A DNA stretch of 25,870 bases from an uncultured bacterium (GCA_964430795.1 CAYSHR010000002.1:1-25870), one strand, 5' to 3'; shown: positions 1 to 9,892, counted from the stretch's first letter. A program made the numbers and translations. The notes: generated from the letters alone by a model not told the origin.

Positions 1-2
1 AA

Positions 3-662
3 TTGGCAAAGTTTTATAATCGTTCCAACATTGAGATGAACATCACCGAGGGCAGGAGCTTTCTGGACAATGACCCAAGGACTTATGACGTGATATATCT
101 CGGGTCCTCAGCCGCGACCTTTAAATACAAAACAGGGCACAGCAGAAAATATCTTGACACCACCCAGGCCATGGCCGCCTATTTTGATCACCTCAGGCCC
201 GATGGTCTTCTGGTCTCGCGATGTTCTCCGGCAATAAACAAAATAAATTCCTTTAAAAAAATATTTAAGGATCAAGGAATCGATAATTTTAATCACCACA
301 TAATGGTAGCCGGGGCATCTCTTAATAAATGCACTCATTTCATACTTTCAAAAAAGCCCTTTACAAAAAAGGAGCAAAAAAAGCTCGAGAAGTTTTATAA
401 GGAAAAATTCAAGATCCAGTATTTATATGGCTTTGAGGAAAACAGACCCGATGCCATAACCCTTGTGGAAGAGCCTCTTTCCGAAAACTCCTTCATGGTT
501 ACAGACGACCGCCCTTTTATGTGGGTTTTGGATTTTAAGAGATACAGATGGTTTCCGTCTCTAAAGAGGCTTTCAGGAATAAAATATTATCGAAGCTGGA
601 CCAAGATTACCGCTCTCGCGGTCACAGCCATTCTCCTTGGGGCGATAATTCTGTTTTTATAA
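3..662 (+). CDS. 5'-truncated part of a membrane-bound spermidine-synthase-like / class I SAM-binding protein; very probably one gene with 678..1244, interrupted by a single in-frame TAA
   Basis: Frame is open from the window edge. EGRSFLDNDPRTYDVIYL and AYFDHLRPDGLLV resemble the post-SAM-site motifs of spermidine-synthase-like proteins. Ends in a TM helix (ALAVTAILLGAIILFL) at TAA 660-662. Confidence 0.7.
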   Translation: MAKFYNRSNIEMNITEGRSFLDNDPRTYDVIYLGSSAATFKYKTGHSRKYLDTTQAMAAYFDHLRPDGLLVSRCSPAINKINSFKKIFKDQGIDNFNHHIMVAGASLNKCTHFILSKKPFTKKEQKKLEKFYKEKFKIQYLYGFEENRPDAITLVEEPLSENSFMVTDDRPFMWVLDFKRYRWFPSLKRLSGIKYYRSWTKITALAVTAILLGAIILFL

Positions 663-677
663 ATTAAAAAAACCGAC

Positions 678-1244
678 ATGCCTCCCCCAAAATTGATGGT
701 CTACCTTGTTGTTACCGGTTTCTGTTATATGATCGTGGAAATTACCTTTATTGGCAGGCTTGAGCTGTTTCTGGAAAATCCCTTGTACAGCATGGCCCTT
801 CTTTTAAGCGTTTTTCTTCTTTCCAACGCCGCGGGAAGCATTCTTTATAATAAGTACGATAAAAAGCTCAATATGGTTTTTATACCGGCGGTTGCCGGCG
901 CCATAACTCTTCTGTCCATGTTTGCCATTAACGCTGTGGTGGAAAACAGACTGGGCCTGCCCCTGCCCCTGAAAATAATTATCACCATCATTATTACGGC
1001 TCCCGCCGGAATATGCCTGGGGCTTTTCTACCCATACGTTGTTTCGTGGCTTAACAAAAAAGGGCGCGCAAAAGCCATCCCCATCACATATGGAATCAGC
1101 ACCCTCTCTTCTGTGGCGGGCGCGACATACGCCATGACCTTAACTGTGAACCTGGGATATTCAAACATGTTCCATCAGGCAGCCATGGGATATGCCCTGC
1201 TCACTCTTTTTCTGGTCATTTACAATCAGATTGAAGGCAAATAG
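678..1244 (+). CDS. C-terminal multi-TM part of the same spermidine-synthase-like membrane protein (split gene / possible pseudogene)
   Basis: Same frame as 3..662, linked by TAA-ATT-AAA-AAA-ACC-GAC-ATG. YLVVTGFCYMIVEI...LFLENPLYSMALLLSVFLLS matches the usual C-terminal membrane module of this family. No SD before ATG 678. Confidence 0.65.
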   Translation: MPPPKLMVYLVVTGFCYMIVEITFIGRLELFLENPLYSMALLLSVFLLSNAAGSILYNKYDKKLNMVFIPAVAGAITLLSMFAINAVVENRLGLPLPLKIIITIIITAPAGICLGLFYPYVVSWLNKKGRAKAIPITYGISTLSSVAGATYAMTLTVNLGYSNMFHQAAMGYALLTLFLVIYNQIEGK

Positions 1245-1309
1245 GGAGCGATGGAATAAGAATAATCCTCTGTTTTTGAGCAAAACACCCGATTTCTTCC
1301 AGAGAGCCC

Positions 1310-1338
1310 TTGATTTTTCATACATCTGAAATTATATT
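1310..1338 (+). promoter_or_regulatory. Candidate sigma-70 promoter of the moxR-bat operon
   Basis: TTGATT (1310-1315), 17-nt spacer, TATATT (1333-1338); 4/6 and 5/6 match to TTGACA/TATAAT; about 120 nt upstream of moxR. Confidence 0.45.
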
Positions 1339-1460
1339 TTGACCTCGATAATTTGAAAAGAATGGGCTAATTACCTTCAATGTTCAGGGTTTTTTAACGA
1401 AAACACCCTTTCGAGGGTCAAAAATGCCATATCCATCAGCTTATATGGGAGTGAATTTTA

Positions 1461-2444
1461 ATGGATAATTCAGGACTTGATCAGCAGATAGAGCAAGGGG
1501 CTTCCTTTGTTGAAAAACTCATTACCGAAGTCGAGAAGGTAATTGTAGGGCAGAGAGAGATGCTTGAGCGTACCCTCATCGGAATATTAGCCGACGGGCA
1601 CGTATTATTTGAAGGGGTTCCGGGGCTGGCAAAGACTCTTACCGTGCGCTGTTTTGCCGATGCCATAAACACAAAATTTTCACGGATTCAGTTTACTCCC
1701 GATCTTCTCCCGGCCGATATCGTAGGCACTCTTGTATATAACCAGGGCACAGGCGGTTTTGACGTGAAAAAAGGGCCGGTTTTCGCCAATATTGTTCTGG
1801 CCGATGAGATCAACAGGGCGCCGGCAAAAGTTCAGAGCGCCCTTCTTGAGGCAATGCAGGAAAGGCAGGTGACTATTGGGGAAAACACCTATCCTTTACC
1901 AAATCCTTTTCTGGTCTTCGCCACCCAGAACCCCATTGAACAGCAGGGAACCTATCCTTTACCCGAGGCTCAACTGGACAGGTTTATGCTGAAAATAAGG
2001 GTGGGGTACCCCTCCATGGACCAGGAGATGGAGATTGTTCATCGTTCAGAAAAAGGGCATGGCGCCAAGATTAATCCGGTTGTGGATCCTGAAAGTATTT
2101 TTAAAGCCAGAGAGCTGGTGGACCGGATCAGGGTTGAAAAGAAGATTATTAAATATATCCTGCAACTGGTTTTCGCCAGCAGGGAACCCGAGAAGTATGG
2201 ATTGGCTGATCTTGAGACCATGATTCAATTCGGCGCCAGCCCAAGAGCCTCGATTTATCTTACAGCCGCGGCCAAGGCTCACGCTTTTATCAGAGGGCGC
2301 TCATTTGTAAATGCTGACGATGTGAAGGAGATGGCCCACGATGTTCTTCGCCACAGAATACTCATCAGCTATGAGGCCGAGGCGGAAAACAGAACCAGCG
2401 ATGATCTTGTTGACGTGATTCTGGGTGGAGTTGAAGTTCCTTAG
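1461..2444 (+). CDS. moxR: MoxR-family AAA+ ATPase
   Basis: Walker A GVPGLAKT, RIQFTPDLLPADIVG, Walker B LADEINRAPAK, ATQNP, YPLPEAQLDRF, GASPRA; SD GGGAG upstream. Confidence 0.95.
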   Translation: MDNSGLDQQIEQGASFVEKLITEVEKVIVGQREMLERTLIGILADGHVLFEGVPGLAKTLTVRCFADAINTKFSRIQFTPDLLPADIVGTLVYNQGTGGFDVKKGPVFANIVLADEINRAPAKVQSALLEAMQERQVTIGENTYPLPNPFLVFATQNPIEQQGTYPLPEAQLDRFMLKIRVGYPSMDQEMEIVHRSEKGHGAKINPVVDPESIFKARELVDRIRVEKKIIKYILQLVFASREPEKYGLADLETMIQFGASPRASIYLTAAAKAHAFIRGRSFVNADDVKEMAHDVLRHRILISYEAEAENRTSDDLVDVILGGVEVP

Positions 2445-2461
2445 GCGGCAGGGTTGGCGTA

Positions 2462-3340
2462 ATGCTTAGCATGGAATTACTGAAAAAAATCAGACGAATC
2501 GAAATTCTCACCAGAAGGCAGGTGGATGAAACCTTTGCCGGCCACTATCGCTCTGTGTTTAAAGGGCGCGGCATGGAGTTCGATGAGGTCAGAGAATATA
2601 CTCCCGGCGATGAAATACGCACTATTGATTGGAATGTAACAGCCAGGATGGGACGCCCTTTTGTTAAACAATACACAGAGGAAAGAGAACTTACGGTAAT
2701 ACTCCTTGTGGACCTTTCGGCCTCGGGTGTTTTTGGCAGCAAGGGCGCCACCAAGAGACAAACGGCCGCGGAGCTTGGCGCCATTTTAGCCTTTTCCGCT
2801 ATTCGCACCGGAGACAAGGTCGGGCTGATTCTATTTACGGACAAGATCGAGCTTTATGTGCCGCCGGGCAAGGGCAATCGCCATGGCTTGAGAGTAATAA
2901 GGGAGATTCTAAGCTTTAAACCCGGGAGCAAGGGAACCGATATTTCCGACGCCCTGGACTATTTGTGCAGGGTCCAGAAAAGAAGCGCCGTGGTTTTCTG
3001 CGTCAGTGACTTTTTTGACAAAGACTTTGACAGGTCCATGTTATTAACCGCGCGCCGCCATGATCTTGTTGCTGTAAATGTGATTGACGAAAGAGAGCTC
3101 CTGATGCCTGATGTGGGTCTTTTGGAACTTGAGGACGCCGAAACAGGCGCGACTATATGGGTTGATACCTCCAGCAGACAATTTCGCCAGGCATATAACG
3201 AAAAAGCCAAAAGAAGGCAGCATGCTCTTAAAGATGAGTTCATAAAAGCCGGCGTGGATAGAGTGTCAATCAGGGTGGGTAGAGATATTACAAAACCTTT
3301 GGTAAGATTTTTCCAGGAAAGAGCTTCAAAAATACGATGA
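2462..3340 (+). CDS. DUF58 VWA-like protein (MoxR partner)
   Basis: GHYRSVFKGRGMEFDEVREYTPGDEIRTIDWNVTARM signature; MIDAS-like DLSAS; directly follows moxR. Confidence 0.93.
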   Translation: MLSMELLKKIRRIEILTRRQVDETFAGHYRSVFKGRGMEFDEVREYTPGDEIRTIDWNVTARMGRPFVKQYTEERELTVILLVDLSASGVFGSKGATKRQTAAELGAILAFSAIRTGDKVGLILFTDKIELYVPPGKGNRHGLRVIREILSFKPGSKGTDISDALDYLCRVQKRSAVVFCVSDFFDKDFDRSMLLTARRHDLVAVNVIDERELLMPDVGLLELEDAETGATIWVDTSSRQFRQAYNEKAKRRQHALKDEFIKAGVDRVSIRVGRDITKPLVRFFQERASKIR

Positions 3341-4419
3341 AGGGTCTGCCGCTGGCATTATTAGTCTTCTCTGTCTTGCTTATGGAGACCAGCGCCCTTT
3401 CCCAGGATGCCCCACCGGCTGTAAAAGACGCTCTTGTTGAAAAAGAGGAAAAGGAAATTCCCAAGGCTACTTCCATCCCGGCCATAATGGCAAATATTGA
3501 ACCTGAGTCCGCCACTGTGGGGGACGTTCTTACCTACTCCATCTCCATTACATGGCCAAAGGAAATAAAGGTAATTCCTCCTGATAAGGACGAGAATCTT
3601 GGAAAGTGCCGAGTCCTTGAAAGAGAGGTTGGAGACCTAGTCACAAAAGACGACATCCACAAGCTTGATATGGCCCTGAAGATCGCCTGTTATGAAACCG
3701 GCGAACAGGAGATGCCGTCTCTTAAAATATATTTTGATGACGCTAATGGGCAAAGGCGCTCTCTTGACGGTCCGAAACTCAGGGTGAATATTTTAAGAAC
3801 ACTACCTGAGGACGCTAAGGAGCTAAAACCCATCAAGCCGATAAAGGATATGCCCCCTGATTATCTGAAATTGGTCCTGATCCTTGTGGGAATGCTACTT
3901 GTTCTAGCTTTGGTTTATTTTCTTTACACCAGATTAAGAAACAGGCAAAGGGCGGCGGAGGAGGAAGATATTAAGGCCCCTGACCCATATGACCTTGCAA
4001 TGAAAAGGTTTGAATCCGGTGATCTTGAAACCTTGTTAAAAAAAGAAAACATAGACGGCTTCTATGTGGAGCTTACAGACATTCTAAGAGAGTATATTGA
4101 AGGGCGTTTTGGAGTTCAAGCCCTTGAAATGACTACCAGGGAAATCCGCTGGGAATTAAAATCCGCTCCCATTGATGATTTTCTCAAAGCGGAGCTTCAC
4201 AGAATTTTGGAACGGGCTGACTTTGCCAAATTCGCCCGCTCCTATCCCAAAAACCATCTATGCAAAGAGGATATGGCTCTGGGTAAAAAATTCATTAATA
4301 AAACAAAGCCTGAACCGGAACCTGATAAAGAGAAGAGTAACAATCAAAAATCGGAACCAGGCAAACGGCCTCCGGAGATTTCTTTTGATACCGATGGAAA
4401 TTCAAAGGGGGAAAAATGA
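3337..4419 (+). CDS. Conserved bat-operon membrane protein (signal peptide, BatD-like periplasmic domain, one TM helix, cytoplasmic helical domain)
   Basis: ATGA overlap with DUF58; N-terminal signal; TM LVLILVGMLLVLALVYFLY; YVELTDILREYIEGRFGVQALEMTT and ADFAKFA motifs typical of the gene between DUF58 and batA. Confidence 0.8.
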   Translation: MKGLPLALLVFSVLLMETSALSQDAPPAVKDALVEKEEKEIPKATSIPAIMANIEPESATVGDVLTYSISITWPKEIKVIPPDKDENLGKCRVLEREVGDLVTKDDIHKLDMALKIACYETGEQEMPSLKIYFDDANGQRRSLDGPKLRVNILRTLPEDAKELKPIKPIKDMPPDYLKLVLILVGMLLVLALVYFLYTRLRNRQRAAEEEDIKAPDPYDLAMKRFESGDLETLLKKENIDGFYVELTDILREYIEGRFGVQALEMTTREIRWELKSAPIDDFLKAELHRILERADFAKFARSYPKNHLCKEDMALGKKFINKTKPEPEPDKEKSNNQKSEPGKRPPEISFDTDGNSKGEK

Positions 4420-5408
4420 CAACTATCGCCACTCCCTGGTTGTTTCTTCTGTTTCTAATTATTCCTCTTCTGGTCTTTCTATATTTAAAGAGAAAAAGAG
4501 GACAGGAATCATCAGTGCTCTTTTCAACATCAGAGCCATTTAAAGGGCTTCCTGTTGGGTGGAGAGTCAGGGTGAGGCATCTGCCCTTTATCCTTTTTAT
4601 GACAGCCATATTTTTTTTGGTAATCGCGGCAGCTCGCCCTCAATCGGGCAGAACAACCCAGGTTGTGAAAACCGAAGGCATCGACATTATGCTTGTTTTG
4701 GATATTTCCGGGTCAATGTTGGCTGAGGATTTTATGCCTCACAACAGGCTTGCCGTGGCCAAACAGGTTATCGCGAAATTTATTGAAGGCAGAGCCGGCG
4801 ACAGAATCGGTCTTGTTTTATTTGCCGGCAAAGCCTTTACCCAGTGCCCCCTGACTGTGGACTACGAGGTTCTCAAAGCTTTTCTGGCAAGGGCTGAAAT
4901 GGGGCAGATCGAGGACGGCACAGCCATTGGAACCGCCCTGGCCACCGCCACCAACAGGCTTCGAAACTCAAAGGCGAAAAGCAGGGTGATCATTCTCTTG
5001 ACAGACGGCGTGAACAATAAGGGAAAGATCGATCCTGTCACCGCCGCGAAAATCGCCGCTGAAATGGGGGTAAAGGTATACTCCATCGGCGCCGGCACAA
5101 ATGGCTACGCCACAATTCCCCAGTCTCACCCTGTCTTTGGCGTACAGAGAATGAGAATAAAGGTGGAGATAGACGAGGATACCTTGAGGCAAATCGCTGA
5201 TGTTACAGGGGGGCTCTATTTCAGGGCCACGGACACAAAATCCCTTGTGGCGATTTATGAGAAAATTGATCAGATGGAAAAAACCGATGTCGAGTTGGAG
5301 CATTACACCGAGTATACTGAGCATTATCCGCGCTTCGCGATTTTGGGCGTGCTGCTTTTGACATTGGGAATGGTTCTGGAAAACTCTGTTTTAAGAAAGG
5401 TCGGATAG
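4416..5408 (+). CDS. batA: BatA, VWA-domain membrane protein
   Basis: N-terminal BatA TM segment, LARPQ-like AARPQ, GIDIMLVLDISGSM (MIDAS), DRIGLVLFAG, DGTAIG, LLTDG, C-terminal TM; ATGA overlap. Confidence 0.92.
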   Translation: MTTIATPWLFLLFLIIPLLVFLYLKRKRGQESSVLFSTSEPFKGLPVGWRVRVRHLPFILFMTAIFFLVIAAARPQSGRTTQVVKTEGIDIMLVLDISGSMLAEDFMPHNRLAVAKQVIAKFIEGRAGDRIGLVLFAGKAFTQCPLTVDYEVLKAFLARAEMGQIEDGTAIGTALATATNRLRNSKAKSRVIILLTDGVNNKGKIDPVTAAKIAAEMGVKVYSIGAGTNGYATIPQSHPVFGVQRMRIKVEIDEDTLRQIADVTGGLYFRATDTKSLVAIYEKIDQMEKTDVELEHYTEYTEHYPRFAILGVLLLTLGMVLENSVLRKVG

Positions 5409-6415
5409 TGGTTTTTGAGAACCCCCAAATTCTCATCCTGCTGATTTTATTGCCGGCAGTCTTTCTTTTTGCCCTTGTCGGGCATTACCGGGAGCAAAGA
5501 CGAATGAGAACCTTTGCAAACCGGGCAACATGGAAGGAGATTCTTCCTTATAAATCCACTTTTCGAAACAGGGCCCATTTTCTTTTGATGTTTATCGGTC
5601 TGGCTTTTGTCATTTTCGCCACGGCGGGTCCAAAATTCGGTGCCGCTTTTGAACAGGTTCAGAGTATGGGCCTGGACGTTGTTGTCGCGGTTGATACTTC
5701 CGACAGTATGCTTGCCCGGGATATGAAACCCAGCAGGCTGATTTTCGCCAAAGAGGAAGTGATGAAAATATTGGACAGAGCCAAGGGCGACAGAGTGGCT
5801 CTTATGCCCTTTTCCGGCCAGGCTTATCTTCTATGCCCTCTTACTCTTGACTATTCGGCTCTGCGAATGTTCCTTGGAATACTTGATACGGACATCATAC
5901 CCACAGAGGGAACCGATGTGGCCGGCGCCATTGACGCCTCCATATCCGCCTTTGATAAAACCGAGAGAAAATACCGGGTTATGATTCTCCTGACTGATGG
6001 AGAAGACCTTAAGGGCAAGGGTATTGAGGCTGCTAAAAGAGCTCAAAAAGACGGTATTGTAATCTTTGTCCTTGGAATTGGAACGGAAAACGCCGTGCCC
6101 ATTCCTCTTTCGGACAATAAGGGAAACGTTGTTTATAAGAAAGACAAAAAGGGCGACCTGGTCATGACAAAGATTGACGAAAAGATGCTCTCGAAAATAT
6201 CCTCTGTGACAGGAGGTTTTTACGCCAGGGCTACATACGATGATTCAGCCCAGGAGGCGATTTTCAGCAGAATCGATAAAATGGAGCGGCAGGAACTGGA
6301 AGGAAAACTTGTATCCAGGCTCCAACCCAGATACCAATGGTTTCTTGTGATAGGCATCGTTCTTGTTTCTTTGGGTCTTTCGGTTCATAGAAGAAAAAAG
6401 CCAAATGGAAGGTAA
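5408..6415 (+). CDS. batB: BatB, VWA-domain membrane protein
   Basis: GTG start overlapping the batA TAG; GLDVVVAVDTSDSMLARDMKPSRL, DRVALMPFSG, CPLTLDY, LLTDGED; C-terminal TM. Confidence 0.9.
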   Translation: MVFENPQILILLILLPAVFLFALVGHYREQRRMRTFANRATWKEILPYKSTFRNRAHFLLMFIGLAFVIFATAGPKFGAAFEQVQSMGLDVVVAVDTSDSMLARDMKPSRLIFAKEEVMKILDRAKGDRVALMPFSGQAYLLCPLTLDYSALRMFLGILDTDIIPTEGTDVAGAIDASISAFDKTERKYRVMILLTDGEDLKGKGIEAAKRAQKDGIVIFVLGIGTENAVPIPLSDNKGNVVYKKDKKGDLVMTKIDEKMLSKISSVTGGFYARATYDDSAQEAIFSRIDKMERQELEGKLVSRLQPRYQWFLVIGIVLVSLGLSVHRRKKPNGR

Positions 6416-6422
6416 AAGATAG

Positions 6423-7289
6423 ATGGGTCGTCTCCTGAAAAACAGAAAGGATTTTCTTTCCAGGGTTCTCCTTTTGGTCCTTTTGTGGATCGCTCTGTCC
6501 GGCTTCTCCTTTTCAAACCCCTTTACCGACAACATGAAAAACGGAAACAGGGCGTTTGCTAAAGAGGATTATGAAAAAGCTCTCGAATTTTACGTCGCCG
6601 CCAAAGATAAAGATCCGGCCAACTCCGTTGTATACTACAACATGGGTAACGCTCATTATATGCTGAAAGACTTTGACAGCGCCATTGCCAACTATCGCCA
6701 GGCCGCTATCGAAAACGACAAAGAACTCAGCCAATGGGCCATGTATAATATCGGCAACGCTCTTTTTAACAAGGAGGAATACAAGGAGGCTGTCGAGGCT
6801 TATATCGAGGCTCTCAAACTCGATCCTGACGACAAGGAGGCAAAACTAAACCTGGAGCTTGCCCTTAGAATGTTGCGTCAACAGCAGGAAGAGGAGCAGA
6901 AAGACTCTTGCGATAATCCGGAAGATAATGAGGATAAGGAGAAAGAGGATAAGGAGGATAAAAGCGATTCAGGCAAAAATGATTCCTCTGATCAAAACCA
7001 GGAAAACAATAAAGAGAAATCCTCCAAGTCCGATCAGAATCAGGAAGAAGAGAATCAGGAGAATCAAAGCTCGGTCCAAAAAAGCCAGGACGAACCGGAA
7101 AATGAGAATAATGCCGCCGCGAGTTCAATGAACGAGGAAGAGAAGTCCGAGGATGAAAAGAACAATATGCTTATAAGTCCTTCTCAGGCCTTACAGATTC
7201 TTGACGCTCTTGACAAGGAAGAGCAGGCCGAGCAGCGTAATCAATTGAGGGCGCCGCCTACCGACGAACAGCCTGATGAGGATTGGTAG
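6423..7289 (+). CDS. batC: BatC, TPR protein with charged low-complexity tail
   Basis: Signal/TM, TPRs (YYNMGNAHY, MYNIGNALF, AKLNLELA), Q/E/D/N/K-rich linker, terminal QALQILDAL...EDW; position after batB. Confidence 0.87.
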   Translation: MGRLLKNRKDFLSRVLLLVLLWIALSGFSFSNPFTDNMKNGNRAFAKEDYEKALEFYVAAKDKDPANSVVYYNMGNAHYMLKDFDSAIANYRQAAIENDKELSQWAMYNIGNALFNKEEYKEAVEAYIEALKLDPDDKEAKLNLELALRMLRQQQEEEQKDSCDNPEDNEDKEKEDKEDKSDSGKNDSSDQNQENNKEKSSKSDQNQEEENQENQSSVQKSQDEPENENNAAASSMNEEEKSEDEKNNMLISPSQALQILDALDKEEQAEQRNQLRAPPTDEQPDEDW

Positions 7290-7295
7290 CGGATT

Positions 7296-9122
7296 ATGAA
7301 AAGGCGATTGTCCATAACCCTAATTATCACTCTTCTGTTTTTACTGGGGAGCGGCTCTTATGCTTTTGCCAAGAAGGTGGATATTCACCTCGATGTGGAT
7401 AAAACCATCCTTACTTTAAAGGACTCTCTGACTGTTACCGTAACAATAAAAACCAAGGGAATAAAATCCACGCCTTATCCAAAGCTGCCGAAAATTCCGA
7501 TAATGGAATCCTATCGCACATCCCACGGCCAGAATGTCTCTTTTGTAAATGGCAAAGTATCTATGGAAAAGACCACCAGCATTGTTTACGTGCCCCACAA
7601 AACCGGGAAAGCTAAAGTAGGACCCGCCAAGGTAAAGGTGGGGGGTAAAATGTATAAAAGCAACACAATGGAAGTAAGGGTTGTGGACAGCAATACCATT
7701 GCCGCGGCGCCCAAGGTCGATGGTCCTGATGAAAAAACCCAAAGAGATGATGTCTTTCTAAAAGTTGTAACCAAGCCGGAAAAACCAACTCTGGGTGAAC
7801 AGGTAACAGTCTCTCTCTATTTATATACAAACACCAGACTTTCCGGTCTGAACTTTACAAAATATCCCGATTTTAAGGATTTCTGGTCTGAAGATCTAGT
7901 CACTCCAAGAAGCCCCGACTTCACTGAAACCAAAGTAAGGGGTAAAGCCTATAACGTCGCCCTGATTCGGCGATATGCTCTTTTTCCATTAAAGACGGGT
8001 AAAGTCACAATAGAGCCCTTTGGCATGGAAGGGCGGATAATCTCCTCAGACAGACGGCCAAGGAATGACTGGTCCATATTTATTCCATCGGCTGGAAAGC
8101 CTGTCAGCCTGCAAAGTCCACAGAAGGTTATAAATGTTCTGCCCCTTCCAAAGGAAAACCGGCCTGGTGGATTTAAGGACATTGTTGGAAGTTTCGATTT
8201 GAAGATTCGCATGGACAAAAAAGAGGTAAAGGTCGGCGCCCCCATTACCCTCTACATGATCGTCTCCGGTACGGGAAATTTCAAGACACTTTCATCTCCT
8301 TCAGTCAATATTCCCGCTGGAATAAACACCTATAGTGAAACCAACGAGCTTGAGATAAAGTCAGATATCGATAAGGTCGGAGGCGTAAAAACCTTCTCCA
8401 TGATTCTTGTGCCAAGGAATGAGGGGGAGCACGAAATCGGCCCTGTGGTTCTTGACTTCTTCGATCCGAAATCAAAGGCCTACAGAAGGCTTTCAAAAGG
8501 ACCATTCAAGATTATGGTGGGAAAGGCGGATAATTCAGATGACCAGGGAAGCCTCATTGTAAACCAGAAAGAGGTTACTCTCTCGGGGTCGGACATCCGG
8601 TACATCAGAGCGGACGCCAAATCTCTTAATGAGATAAAAGACCCCTATTATAGCCACCCTCTCTTTTTGGTACTCATTCTTATCTGGCCACCGGGGCTCC
8701 TGGTGGTTTTTGCTTATACCAGATTTCGCAAAGCGTCTCTGGCTGATAAGAACAAGCTGAGATATAGAAGGGCCGGCAGAGTCGCCAGGACCAGGTTGAA
8801 AAAGGCAAAGGGGTTTATTAAAACCGATAGTGATGAATTTTATGGTGAGGTCACCGGCGCCTTACTTGGATTTATCACCGACAGAACAAAGGGCTACGAG
8901 TCGGGCATTGTTGTAAATCATCTTATAAGAGATTTAAAGAACTGTGGCGCCGATCCAAAAGCAATAGCCGATCTGGCCCAATTGTTTTCAAAAGCCGATT
9001 CTGTAAGGTACGGCGGAGCAAGTTCGGATCCAGCGGATAGAAAAGAGGCTCTGAAGAAAGCGAAAAGCCTTATTGGAAAACTCGATAAAAAAGATATTCT
9101 TCTGAAATTGAGCAAATCATGA
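7296..9122 (+). CDS. batD: BatD, periplasmic beta-domain protein with C-terminal TM helix
   Basis: Signal peptide, repeated beta-rich domains (GEQVTVSLYLY, RRYALFPLKTG, VGSFDL), one TM helix, 608 aa; position in operon. Confidence 0.88.
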   Translation: MKRRLSITLIITLLFLLGSGSYAFAKKVDIHLDVDKTILTLKDSLTVTVTIKTKGIKSTPYPKLPKIPIMESYRTSHGQNVSFVNGKVSMEKTTSIVYVPHKTGKAKVGPAKVKVGGKMYKSNTMEVRVVDSNTIAAAPKVDGPDEKTQRDDVFLKVVTKPEKPTLGEQVTVSLYLYTNTRLSGLNFTKYPDFKDFWSEDLVTPRSPDFTETKVRGKAYNVALIRRYALFPLKTGKVTIEPFGMEGRIISSDRRPRNDWSIFIPSAGKPVSLQSPQKVINVLPLPKENRPGGFKDIVGSFDLKIRMDKKEVKVGAPITLYMIVSGTGNFKTLSSPSVNIPAGINTYSETNELEIKSDIDKVGGVKTFSMILVPRNEGEHEIGPVVLDFFDPKSKAYRRLSKGPFKIMVGKADNSDDQGSLIVNQKEVTLSGSDIRYIRADAKSLNEIKDPYYSHPLFLVLILIWPPGLLVVFAYTRFRKASLADKNKLRYRRAGRVARTRLKKAKGFIKTDSDEFYGEVTGALLGFITDRTKGYESGIVVNHLIRDLKNCGADPKAIADLAQLFSKADSVRYGGASSDPADRKEALKKAKSLIGKLDKKDILLKLSKS

Positions 9123-9892
9123 AACGCGCCCTTTACATATTAACTCTTCTTTTTCTCCTTGTCATAACCGGGCAGAACGCTCTTGCTTCAGGAAAAGGCG
9201 CGGCGACTCTATACAACCAGGGTAACGCTCTTTATGAAAAAGGGGATTTTGACGGCGCTCTGAAAAGCTATTCCCATGCTCTTCTACAGCGGGTGGCCGA
9301 TCCGAGGTTGGAACAGAATATCGGCTCTGCTTACCTGAAGCTTGGAAATATCGGGATGGCCATTTATCATTTTGAGCGGGGTCTTGTTCTTGGTCCAAGG
9401 GACAAAGACCTAAAACACAACCTGAAATACGCCAAGCTCTTGCGCAAAGACGAGATTCCCGAAAAGGACTTTTTCTTTTACAAGTGGTTTACAGGCGTAG
9501 TCAATTATTTCACCTCCGGCGAGTTTCTCGGGGTAATCTGTTTCCTTTTTGTCACCCTTTCCATTTCCCTTCTTTTGATTATTTTTATACAGGGTAGATT
9601 GAGGCCGGCCATCATCTGGACTGGGGTCTGTTTTGCCCTGCTGTTGATGGTTATTGCTCCATTTGGCGCCACCAGGTTTTACAAAGACCATTTTATAAAG
9701 ACCGGTGTTCTTGTGGGAGAAACCATAATAGCCAGATCAGGGCCATCAGATGAGCAGCCCGAAATTTTCACCGCCCATGGCGGAATGCCCTGCCGGGTTC
9801 TGGAAAGCCGTGGGGGATGGTCCAGAATCGCCATCAAAACCGGCCTTATGGGATGGGTTTTATCAAAAGAGGCGAAGGTCATAGAATTTTAA
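9119..9892 (+). CDS. batE: BatE, TPR plus C-terminal SH3-like domain
   Basis: LYNQGNALYEKGDF, NIGSAYLKLGNIGMAIYHFERG, DLKHNL, two TM helices, C-terminal GWSRI...GLMGWV SH3b-like end; ATGA overlap. Confidence 0.88.
   Translation: MKRALYILTLLFLLVITGQNALASGKGAATLYNQGNALYEKGDFDGALKSYSHALLQRVADPRLEQNIGSAYLKLGNIGMAIYHFERGLVLGPRDKDLKHNLKYAKLLRKDEIPEKDFFFYKWFTGVVNYFTSGEFLGVICFLFVTLSISLLLIIFIQGRLRPAIIWTGVCFALLLMVIAPFGATRFYKDHFIKTGVLVGETIIARSGPSDEQPEIFTAHGGMPCRVLESRGGWSRIAIKTGLMGWVLSKEAKVIEF

Noticed and set aside
6859-7131. Alternative-frame ORFs over the batC tail, and 13999..14190 over the poly-Asp tract
   Set aside because: Shadow frames of low-complexity coding sequence, which is depleted of stops in other frames.
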